This document shows, piece by piece, positions 10,867 through 19,612 of a stretch of 24,078 bases of DNA. The stretch is from assembly GCA_039630575.1 (NCBI GenBank), contig JBCNUW010000025.1, forward strand, positions 1 through 24,078, written 5' to 3'. Below the pieces are notes generated by a model. That model worked only from the letters and a program-made list of their open reading frames with translations, made no database searches and was not told the origin of the DNA. Each line of letters opens with the position of its first letter. The stretch's first letter is position 1. The position numbers and the translations under genes are program-made. Source of the stretch: Candidatus Hydrothermales bacterium. Lineage in GTDB: Bacteria > Hydrothermota > Hydrothermia > Hydrothermales > JAJRUZ01.

Positions 10867-11181
10867 ATGAATTTTATATCAACAAAAGGGCTGAGCAATC
10901 AGATACATCCTGGAATAACCGAAAATACAGAGTCTAAAGATGTTAAAAAGTCAATTTCAGACTATATTAAAAAAGAAGATCACTTTATAAGATTGAACAG
11001 GGAAAAAGAAAAAGTCATTAAATTAAGTGATGGGAGCTATTCTATCTGCTCTGACTTTAAGGATGAAGACGGAGAAAAAACTGATTTTTTAGATTTCTGG
11101 TTAAGGAAAGAAGAAAGAAATACTAAAGTAAAAGAAATTAAAATTTATAAAATAAATTGCAAAAATAAGGAATTAAAATGA
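10867..11181 (+). CDS. Hypothetical protein, possibly eroded
   Basis: 104-aa ORF whose stop overlaps the tpx start (ATGA). Contains YSICSDFKD and LDFWL motifs. TTGAAA-17bp-TATTTT lies upstream at 10798-10826. Confidence 0.6.
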   Translation: MNFISTKGLSNQIHPGITENTESKDVKKSISDYIKKEDHFIRLNREKEKVIKLSDGSYSICSDFKDEDGEKTDFLDFWLRKEERNTKVKEIKIYKINCKNKELK

Positions 11182-11687
11182 ACAAGGTATTTTTAAGGGG
11201 AAATCCCTTGACATTGGAAGGAGAGCTACCAAAAATAAACCAAAGGGCTCCTTATTTTGTAGCCCTTGATGAGAGCTTTTCACCAAAGAGTCTTGAAGAC
11301 TTTAAAGGTAAAATAAAAATAATATCTTCAGTTCCTTCACTTGATACACCTGTCTGCTCTAACGAAACAAAAAAAATATCTGAACTTATGAAAAAATTTT
11401 CAAGTAAAGACTATATTTTTATTACTATCAGTATGGATCTACCCTTTGCACAAAAAAGATGGTGTGGTCTTCATGAAGCAGATAATGTAATTACACTCTC
11501 AGATTTTAAAGAAAAAAGCTTTGGTAAAAACTATGGAGTTCTCATAAAAGAAAATGGTTTACTCGCAAGATGTGTTTTTATTATAGATAAAAATAACAAT
11601 ATAAAATACATACAGCTTGTTAAGGAAATAACTAATGAACCAGACTATCTTGATATAGAAAAAAATTTAACAGAAATCATTTATTAG
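11178..11687 (+). CDS. tpx: Thiol peroxidase (atypical 2-Cys peroxiredoxin)
   Basis: VPSLDTPVC, ISMDLPFAQKRWC, FGKNYGVLI, LLARCVFIID and EITNEPDY; AAGGA upstream. Confidence 0.95.
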   Translation: MNKVFLRGNPLTLEGELPKINQRAPYFVALDESFSPKSLEDFKGKIKIISSVPSLDTPVCSNETKKISELMKKFSSKDYIFITISMDLPFAQKRWCGLHEADNVITLSDFKEKSFGKNYGVLIKENGLLARCVFIIDKNNNIKYIQLVKEITNEPDYLDIEKNLTEIIY

Positions 11688-12131
11688 GGGTTCTAATTAC
11701 GGAAAATTAAAAAAAATTGGTAAAGATAAGAAAATATACGATTTTATTATTGAATATGTAGTAAATGTTAAAGTAAGCCTACTTAAAGATAAATTTTTAT
11801 ACTCTTTAAGCTAGTCAAAAGTTAAATATTCAAATTTTATTTTTAAAGACTTTACAGCATACTCTAAATAGCATCTCTGTTCAAAGTTTTATTATCTATA
11901 CTACTAAAAAAGTATAAAGCATATGGGTATAATTTTTTGTCTCATTTTTAAAAGCAAAACTTTTTGTTAAAAGTAAATATATAAGGAGAAAAAAATTAAG
12001 TTAAAGAATTATTACTTAGGCAAACTTCACTTATGAATTATAAAAAGATTACAACTTAAATTATTTTATTGTCTCATAAAATAAATTACACGAAATAAAA
12101 AAAAAGCTAATTTGAAATTATAAATTAAAAT

Positions 12132-14003
12132 TTAAAAAATTCTATAAAATTTTATATAGCTTAACCTTTCATCAGAAGGATTCACTTTTTCAACCTCTCC
12201 CCAAAGTATTAAAGCATCCTCTGTTTTACCCTGATGGAAGAGCTTAATAGTAAAAATCATTAACTCTTCATATAATTTGTTATCTGTTTGTATTAAATCA
12301 AGAAGTCTTTTTTCCAATTTTTTTGACTCTTCAAGTGGAAAAATTTTAATAGATTTACCGACCAATAAGAGTGCCTCAATAAACTTTTTATTTTTTTCCA
12401 TAGATAAAGCCTCTTCATAAAAAGTCTTTGCCTTTTCCTTAAGTTTACCCTCTACCCTTGTTTTCATAACAATCAGCTCAGAAGATAAAAATCCCTCTAT
12501 TTCAATATCCGAAATTGCAGAATATGCTTTTTCATAAAACTCATTCCTAATATAAAATTCAAGATCCCTTTCATTAGACTTAATTTTTCTTTCCCTCTTT
12601 TCTTCACAAATCTTAATAACTTTTAAAATCAAATCATTTTCGGGAAGTTTCTTTAGCTCAGTTATTGCATCTCTATATCTTTTTTCCTTATAAAACTCAA
12701 AAGCTTTAATTAGTATATCTTTTTCATATCCCTTTACTTTAAATTTTTCTGTAATTAACAACTCTAACTCGCTTAACTTCTTACCCAAAGTTTCAGGTCT
12801 ATTTAGTAAATCATAGCTACTTTTGACTAAGGAATAAGCATCGAGATAATTTTCCATTTCTAAATTCTTTTTTAAATCACTTAATACCAAATCAATTTTT
12901 GAGTTAGTTAAAGTTTCCTTTACTTTGCTAAAAACTTCAAAGGAATTCTTAAAATTCCTATCCACATATACAACCTCCATTAATAGTATATAAGATTTAG
13001 CATAATTTTTATTTTCATATTCTTTTATTGCCACTTCATAAAGAGAATCCAGATTAAAAGGATATTTTGGTTTAATTTCTTTTAAAATAGGCTTTTCCGG
13101 TTTAGGTTCCAAAGGAATTTTCTTCCTTTCAGGAAACTTAAACCTTAAAGGTTTAAAACTTACCCCCAAACTTAACCTATGAACATTTCCAAAATCTCCG
13201 TAAGGTTCTGATGTATAATCTAAGTTGAAGGGTGTATATTTAAGACCTAATCCGAACTTAAACCCAGCAAGATTATAAGTTTCTTTGTATCCTGTTACAT
13301 AGCCTGATCTTATAAAAAGTATATTTTTTAAAAGATACTCAAATCCTATATGAAATTCGGTATTCTCTTTTAAAATCCTAAAAAATTCAATACCGCATTT
13401 AAAATCCCTATAATGAAAACCCAAACCAATCCTTAAAGATGCTGGAAGTTCATAATTTTCAGATTTTAATTTTAACTTTCCACCAATATTTGATAGAACA
13501 CCACCTAACTCAAAAAAAGATACCTCAGGCTTATAAACAAAACCTAAATCAAAAGCAAAAGAACTTGAACTAAAAGTATCTATCCTCTCATAAACATTCT
13601 TAAGAGTTAGACCAACACTAAAATTCTTATAAAGGAAACCTGAAACAGAAAAGTTTGTATTCAAAAAAGAAGCTCCGAACGGAGTAAAACTCTCTGATGG
13701 ACCAGTTCTACCCTCCAACTCATTCACAAAAAAACCATAAAAGTTAATACCTAAAAACACTTTACCAAAAGGATTAGAGAGACTAAAAGATTCCATTCTC
13801 ATGTCTAATAGATAATTTGTATGAGAAACCACAAAACTACCCATATCTTGAAAAGAAAGTAAAGAAGGATTAAAATAGGTAGCATTTGCATCCCTCACAA
13901 AAACAGAACCTACAGAGCCGAAAGCAATCTCTCTTGCACCTACACCTAAGGTTAAAAACTTAGCACCAACTGATAAAATTAAAAGATTAAAAGTAAGTCC
14001 CAT
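12132..14003 (-). CDS. PorV/PorQ (UPF0164)-family beta-barrel with a C-terminal helical/TPR-like extension
   Basis: GAKFLTLGVGAREIAFG, DANATYFNPS, FAFDLG, LPASLRIGLG, GFEY and FGNVHRLSLGVSF (barrel ends near aa 283). A P/K-rich linker and ~320 aa of helical, TPR-like sequence follow. GAGGT SD 6 nt before ATG. Confidence 0.85.
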   Translation of the reverse strand: MGLTFNLLILSVGAKFLTLGVGAREIAFGSVGSVFVRDANATYFNPSLLSFQDMGSFVVSHTNYLLDMRMESFSLSNPFGKVFLGINFYGFFVNELEGRTGPSESFTPFGASFLNTNFSVSGFLYKNFSVGLTLKNVYERIDTFSSSSFAFDLGFVYKPEVSFFELGGVLSNIGGKLKLKSENYELPASLRIGLGFHYRDFKCGIEFFRILKENTEFHIGFEYLLKNILFIRSGYVTGYKETYNLAGFKFGLGLKYTPFNLDYTSEPYGDFGNVHRLSLGVSFKPLRFKFPERKKIPLEPKPEKPILKEIKPKYPFNLDSLYEVAIKEYENKNYAKSYILLMEVVYVDRNFKNSFEVFSKVKETLTNSKIDLVLSDLKKNLEMENYLDAYSLVKSSYDLLNRPETLGKKLSELELLITEKFKVKGYEKDILIKAFEFYKEKRYRDAITELKKLPENDLILKVIKICEEKRERKIKSNERDLEFYIRNEFYEKAYSAISDIEIEGFLSSELIVMKTRVEGKLKEKAKTFYEEALSMEKNKKFIEALLLVGKSIKIFPLEESKKLEKRLLDLIQTDNKLYEELMIFTIKLFHQGKTEDALILWGEVEKVNPSDERLSYIKFYRIF

Positions 14004-14007
14004 AATT

Positions 14008-17000
14008 TTACCTCACTATTGCAAATTTCTTTATAACCATTTTCCTTTCATTTGTATCAATAGCCTCTGCTTTTAATCTAAACATATATACACCTGGTGC
14101 TAAACCCCTTAAATCAATTATCAATGAATTAGAACTAAGGGTATGGGGCTTGACACCACCCCTAAATGTTCCAAAAGACTCAGCTACTTTCTTTCCTCTT
14201 ATATCAAAAATCTCCACAGTCACCTTTGCATTTTGATTTACATAGAAATGAAAATTACCATAGTCCCTAACAGGGTTCGGCCAGACATAAACAGTATTCT
14301 CGGGCAAAAATTCACCCTTAGCCTCTATCATAACAGTATCCTCAAGTCTTCTAAGAGTACCGTAATCTTTATAATAAGCTATAACCCTCGCTAAACCAAC
14401 ATCAGCACCATAAGTAAATATCTTTCCTTTGTAGTAATTTCTATCTATACAGTAAAGCTGTATCATCTCCTTCAAACTTCCTTTAGAGGTTATAAGACTA
14501 CAAAGAGGAGTTTCTCTAAAAGGTATATTTGAAGTTATCTCAACTGATAAACTATCCCCGATATAAATAGTATTTGGATAGGGCTTAAAATTAACAACCA
14601 TAGGAATTCCAAAAATAACTTTAAAAAGTTCACTCTTTCCCTTTTTTCTGTCACCAGGATGATAGGTGTCAAAATCATTATCATGAGCAAAAACTTTATA
14701 AACAACTTCACCAGAATCTAATCCTGGAACCATTTCAACCGAGACAAAAGTATCACCGTTAACACTTTGAAGCTGTATTTCATTGTAAGAAACCTCAATC
14801 TCACCATCATAATCCCACAAAAGATAAACTCCCTGACCTTGTGATCCTGTTTCATCATCATAAACTCCTGACCGATCATATATCAACCCTTTTACATAAA
14901 AACTTGTCCCTGGATTTATATAACCTTGAGTAAAGGAATTAAAAGAGGGCGGTATAGAATCATCATCAGGTAAAACAGAAAACTTTATAGTATCATACTT
15001 ACCATAAATGTTATTTATATCCTTAGCATGAACATATATAAAATGGGTTTCTCCGCTCTTAAAATTAAAAGTAGAAAGATCTATCTTTTTAGTTAACTCC
15101 TCTATACTTTCATCAAAACTACCATCTATAGGTGTAAGAGGTATTCCCGTTCCATTTTGTCCTATACTATCTATAAACATTTCAGCATATGAAACTATTG
15201 AATTACCTCTTCCTGTATCTGCCACAATAACATTTATATCAAGATAATTGAAAGGCTCAGGAGATACGGGATATATAGTTGAAATTGAAATAGGTCCCTG
15301 TGTATCTGGTCTCAACATTGTCACAAAAAAGAATTCATGCTGACCTTGTAATAAATTTCCAGCTATATCACTAATATCTTGTGAAACTCTTATAAAAACA
15401 GTTTCCTGAGAAGAAAAACCTATAAGAGGATCAAGAGTAACTGTGTAAGTTAACGAGTCATAAAACAGATTAAAGCTATGATTACCACTAACTTTCCCAA
15501 CAATTTGAAAGTTAGTATCTATTATCGTAGATCTATTTAATTTTTCTGAAAATTTTATTAAAATATCAGTATGAGAGGGAATATCTACTGAACCATGGGA
15601 TGGGCTAATAGAAACTATTGTTGGTGACGTCAAATCAAAAATTATTGAATCCTCTGGTAAAAAAGTTATCTGTTCTAAATTAGAGGCAGAATCTTTTGAT
15701 ACTGCTTCGAAATAATATTTATATCCATCTAAACCAACCATTATAGTTGACAGTGAAGTTGTATCTCTTATCAATATACTCCAGTCTCCTCCCTGAGTTT
15801 TATAATAAACATCATAGCCTCTTATCCCAGATCCTCCTTGATCTTGTGCTTCTGTCCATGTAATAACTGTAGTATCATCAGTTGAATAAAGAGGCGTTTG
15901 CACCTTTGAGCCTGAAGGTAAGGTTCTATCATGTCTTAAAAGCACAGAATCAGTGTTACGATAATCAAGGTTAGATAGCCCATTCATAAGCCAGAGATGA
16001 AGTTTTATCCCACCCTCTAAGTTCATATAAACTGTATCTGGTGGCATTCCTCTTAATGAGCCTGTAGTATCATAGTTATGCTGTGGTCTTGAACCTAACT
16101 TATAGAAAGCCTTTACTATTCCAGTCGGATCGTATGGATTTTCCCAGGATAAAACAAAGATTGTATCTTTTGTCCAAGGTGATGGATTTGAACCGTTAGC
16201 AAGTAAATTACGGGGAGGTGAAGGTATTATGGAACCTACAAAAATAGAATCTTCTGCAAGCCCTCTTAAAGCTTCTCTGTTACCAGCACTGTCAACAGAT
16301 ATTACCTCAAAATAATATAAAGTATCATAATAAAAAGCATTAAAGGAAACAAAGGTATCAACTAAACTATCGGCATATAAAGTCCAGTTTGAATGCTTAT
16401 ATTTATAATAAACTTCATAAAACTTTATTCCTGACAAATTATCTTGAGCTTTTGTCCATGATAACACAAAAGTAGGCTGGTCGGTGTATAACTGAGGAAT
16501 GGAACACCTCGCATTCATAGGTTTTGTCGTATCATATCTCAAAAATACAGAGGAATTATTAGTGTGAGAAATATTAAAAAGAGAATCACTTAACCATAGA
16601 TAAAGTGGGGTAATCCCTTCAGAACTTGTCTCCACAGTATCTGGACTTTTATTAAAAGTTCCTGTTGTATCGAAGTTATGTTGAGGTGGAGATCCTAATT
16701 TATAATACCTAAGTCTTATTCCAGACCTATCAAAAGGCTCATCCCATGTAATGGAAAAGGAGTTATAGTTTGTCCAGTTAGAAGGACTAGATCCATTCGC
16801 AAGTAAATTAATTGGTGCCGGTGGAGCTGTAACATCATAAAAAATAGAATCCTCTGGTTGACCTAAGAGATTCTCAACATTTCCTGCACTATCAACTGCA
16901 ACTACCTCAAAATAATATAGAGTATCAGTCAAAGAAAAATTAAAATTAATAAAAGTATCTCTTATGTTAGACCCAAATAAAGACCAGTTTGACCCTTTAA

Positions 17001-19122
17001 CTTTATAATATAGAGTGTAAGATTTTATTCCAGAAAGATTGTCAGAACCTTTAGTCCAATATACAGTAAAAGTAGACTGATTAGTTGTTCTCTCATTAAT
17101 TTTTACTGTTGAGTTAATAGGTTTTGTTGAATCAAATCTTAGGTTTACAAACTCCTTATTATTGTAATTCACATTTAATGCAGAATCTTCAAGCCACAAG
17201 AACAAGGTTATTATACCCTGACTTGAAATAGTTAAAGTATCAGGACTTTTATGTAAGGTTCCAGTTGTATCGTAATTTGAAACAGGTGGAAAATAAAGCT
17301 TAAAAAGTCTTCTTTTTATTCCTGATGTATCATCGGGTTCTAACCATGAGAGGACAAAATCTGTAGAGTTAGTCCAGGGAGAGGGGGATGAACCGTTTGC
17401 CAGAAGATTTTGTGGAGGAGATGGTGCAGTTAGATCAAAAACTATGGTATCTTCTGCAACGAAATTTCGTTGTTCCTCATTTCCTGCACTATCGACCGCA
17501 ATAACTTCAAAGAAATATTTGTGTCCGTCAACTCCATAAAATACTTCCTCTGTATCTGGATGATTTGAAAGCCACAGTATCCACGGCCCATCTCCATCTT
17601 TATAGTAAAGATTATAACCTTTTATCCCTGCTGGGGGGTTACCTGTATCGTTTCCTTTTGTCCATGTAATGTTAAAACTTGAAGTATTAACAAATTTTTT
17701 ATGTATTTTAACCTTAGAATTAATGGGCAAGGATTTGTCATATCTCAAATAAACTGTATCAGAGTTTTTATAATTTAAATTTCCTGTATAATCTTGCAAC
17801 CATAAATAAAGAGGGATAACACCTTCATTTAAAATAAAAACAGTATCTGGAGCATTCGGTCTTAATGTTCCTGTCGTATCAAAATCAAATTCAGGGGGAT
17901 AATAAATTTTATATAGTGCTCTTTTAATACCGGTTTCATCAGAAGGATTAATCCAATCAAGACGAAAAATTCCATTTTTGTTCCAGGGTGAGGGATTTTT
18001 TCCATTAGCCGTAAGATTTCTTGGTGCAGCTGGTGGAGTTGTATCTCTTAATTCTGCAACTTTAAGATCTCCATTAGTAGAATCATAGTAGCTAATTACA
18101 GGTGTACCAAAAATCGACAAGGCAATTGAGGGAGTTATTCCAACATTACCAGTTGTATCTAAGTTAATAATATTCCAATTATTAAAACTTGGATAATCTG
18201 AAGAGTAAGCTAATTTAAGATTCCCCTGATCTCCATTGTAATAACTTATCCATATTCTGTTATTAACCTTATCATATTCTATAGAAGTTCCCCTTCCAAG
18301 AATAGATTGATTTGTTGGTAAATCTATGTACCTTAACTCCCATGTAGTTCCAGACCTAAAGCTTAAAACCAAACCTCTATTACCTCCACCACCATATTTT
18401 CTGTGTGAAATATATGGTATATTATTTACGCCAAGAACAATTGATGTATAACTTCCATACCGATTACTAATTACTGTTTGTATATTCCAATTTCCGTAGC
18501 TACCAAAAGCATATTTAAGAGAATGATTTGTAATATCATGATAACTGATATGAACTATTCCAGATGGATCTACAGAAATTGAGGTAAATCTACCTACATC
18601 TGCAGAGTTGTCTACTGTTTGAACAACCCAGTTTGTAGTAGCTTTATAGGCATATTTAAGTGCAGTATTTGTGGCGTCAAAGTAGCTTATATGGGGAATA
18701 CCACTTTGATCAACGAAAATTGATGTATACTGCCCTACTGTGACTCCTGCACCATCTACAGTTTCTATTACCCAGTTAGTGCCATTGAAATGTGCATATT
18801 TTAAATTTGTATTAGTAACATCATAATAAGCTATATGAGGCAGATTGTTTGGACCAAGAGCTATTGATGTCCATTTTCCCACATTAGTAAATTCTCCATC
18901 AACAGTTTCCAATTTCCAAATATTTCCATCATAGAATGCATATTTAAGATTCCCATTTGTAGAATCATAATAGGAGATATAAATTCTATTCTGATCATCT
19001 ACTGTAATCGATGTGTATTTACCTACTATACCTTGAACATCAACCGAATAAACTTGCCATGCCAAACCATAGAGTAAACTAGCTAGAATAAAATTAATTA
19101 GAAATAATTTAACTTTTCTCAT
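14008..19122 (-). CDS. Large secreted protein: beta-propeller repeats, 4 x ~200-aa Ig/FN3-like units, Big_5-like domain, T9SS type A-like C-terminal sorting domain
   Basis: Signal peptide MRKVKLFLINFILASLLYG; repeats VD..G.VG.YTSI.VD...HISYYD.TN..LKYA; PTIVSISPSHGS..IKFSEKL..ISDIAGN (Big_5-like); C-terminus YVWPNP..IFDIRGKKV..LAPGVYMFRL..KKFAIVR. AAGGAGG SD at 19128-19134. Confidence 0.88.
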   Translation of the reverse strand: MRKVKLFLINFILASLLYGLAWQVYSVDVQGIVGKYTSITVDDQNRIYISYYDSTNGNLKYAFYDGNIWKLETVDGEFTNVGKWTSIALGPNNLPHIAYYDVTNTNLKYAHFNGTNWVIETVDGAGVTVGQYTSIFVDQSGIPHISYFDATNTALKYAYKATTNWVVQTVDNSADVGRFTSISVDPSGIVHISYHDITNHSLKYAFGSYGNWNIQTVISNRYGSYTSIVLGVNNIPYISHRKYGGGGNRGLVLSFRSGTTWELRYIDLPTNQSILGRGTSIEYDKVNNRIWISYYNGDQGNLKLAYSSDYPSFNNWNIINLDTTGNVGITPSIALSIFGTPVISYYDSTNGDLKVAELRDTTPPAAPRNLTANGKNPSPWNKNGIFRLDWINPSDETGIKRALYKIYYPPEFDFDTTGTLRPNAPDTVFILNEGVIPLYLWLQDYTGNLNYKNSDTVYLRYDKSLPINSKVKIHKKFVNTSSFNITWTKGNDTGNPPAGIKGYNLYYKDGDGPWILWLSNHPDTEEVFYGVDGHKYFFEVIAVDSAGNEEQRNFVAEDTIVFDLTAPSPPQNLLANGSSPSPWTNSTDFVLSWLEPDDTSGIKRRLFKLYFPPVSNYDTTGTLHKSPDTLTISSQGIITLFLWLEDSALNVNYNNKEFVNLRFDSTKPINSTVKINERTTNQSTFTVYWTKGSDNLSGIKSYTLYYKVKGSNWSLFGSNIRDTFINFNFSLTDTLYYFEVVAVDSAGNVENLLGQPEDSIFYDVTAPPAPINLLANGSSPSNWTNYNSFSITWDEPFDRSGIRLRYYKLGSPPQHNFDTTGTFNKSPDTVETSSEGITPLYLWLSDSLFNISHTNNSSVFLRYDTTKPMNARCSIPQLYTDQPTFVLSWTKAQDNLSGIKFYEVYYKYKHSNWTLYADSLVDTFVSFNAFYYDTLYYFEVISVDSAGNREALRGLAEDSIFVGSIIPSPPRNLLANGSNPSPWTKDTIFVLSWENPYDPTGIVKAFYKLGSRPQHNYDTTGSLRGMPPDTVYMNLEGGIKLHLWLMNGLSNLDYRNTDSVLLRHDRTLPSGSKVQTPLYSTDDTTVITWTEAQDQGGSGIRGYDVYYKTQGGDWSILIRDTTSLSTIMVGLDGYKYYFEAVSKDSASNLEQITFLPEDSIIFDLTSPTIVSISPSHGSVDIPSHTDILIKFSEKLNRSTIIDTNFQIVGKVSGNHSFNLFYDSLTYTVTLDPLIGFSSQETVFIRVSQDISDIAGNLLQGQHEFFFVTMLRPDTQGPISISTIYPVSPEPFNYLDINVIVADTGRGNSIVSYAEMFIDSIGQNGTGIPLTPIDGSFDESIEELTKKIDLSTFNFKSGETHFIYVHAKDINNIYGKYDTIKFSVLPDDDSIPPSFNSFTQGYINPGTSFYVKGLIYDRSGVYDDETGSQGQGVYLLWDYDGEIEVSYNEIQLQSVNGDTFVSVEMVPGLDSGEVVYKVFAHDNDFDTYHPGDRKKGKSELFKVIFGIPMVVNFKPYPNTIYIGDSLSVEITSNIPFRETPLCSLITSKGSLKEMIQLYCIDRNYYKGKIFTYGADVGLARVIAYYKDYGTLRRLEDTVMIEAKGEFLPENTVYVWPNPVRDYGNFHFYVNQNAKVTVEIFDIRGKKVAESFGTFRGGVKPHTLSSNSLIIDLRGLAPGVYMFRLKAEAIDTNERKMVIKKFAIVR
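15637..18045 (-). repeat. Four diverged intragenic ~600-bp (200-aa) tandem units
   Basis: Units begin at 18045, 17436, 16836 and 16236, and the next domain at 15636 (periods 609, 600, 600, 600 bp). Each has NLxANGxxPSxW, DTTG, LWL, LRxD and DSAxN. Confidence 0.9.
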
Positions 19123-19139
19123 TTAAGCCTCCTTTTTTA

Positions 19140-19168
19140 ATTATAAACTAACTATAAAAAATTGTCAA
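19140..19168 (-). promoter_or_regulatory. Perfect-consensus sigma70 promoter for the cargo/PorV pair
   Basis: Minus strand TTGACA (19168-19163), 17 bp, TATAAT (19145-19140). Confidence 0.8.
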
Positions 19169-19172
19169 TTTA

Positions 19173-19201
19173 TTGAAAATTAAAAAAATGTTTTATAAAA
19201 T
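19173..19201 (+). promoter_or_regulatory. Putative sigma70 promoter for the roadblock gene
   Basis: TTGAAA (19173-19178), 17 bp, TAAAAT (19196-19201). Confidence 0.55.
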
Positions 19202-19249
19202 TAAAAATCAAAAGAATGAAGGTTCAATTCCAAAAAATAACATAAAATT

Positions 19250-19612
19250 ATGACACTGCATCAAATACTTGAAGAAATAGTGCTAAGGGTGGAAGGAGCA
19301 GTATATGCTTCTTGTGTAGGAAGCGACGGTATCGCCCTTTCACAACATATAAAAGAAGTTCAATTTGATCCAGCAGTTGTAGATGCGGAAATAGCAAACA
19401 TAATTGGTGTAGTTTTAAGAGCCTCAGATAGTATTGAAGGAGGGAAATTAGGTGAGATACTATTTATAACTCAAAAATACACTGTTCTTGTAAGACCTGT
19501 AAACAGTGATGTATATTTTGTCCTTGTCCTTTCAGGTACAATCCAAAATCTTGGATTAGCAAGGATTGAAGCAAAAAAGATTGTATCAAAAATTAAGGAA
19601 ATACTAACTTAA
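19250..19612 (+). CDS. Roadblock/LC7 domain protein (MglB/MglC-like)
   Basis: 120 aa; VEGAVYASCVGSDGIAL, GKLGEILFIT..YFVLVL and NLGLARIE match the roadblock/LC7 pattern. Confidence 0.85.
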   Translation: MTLHQILEEIVLRVEGAVYASCVGSDGIALSQHIKEVQFDPAVVDAEIANIIGVVLRASDSIEGGKLGEILFITQKYTVLVRPVNSDVYFVLVLSGTIQNLGLARIEAKKIVSKIKEILT

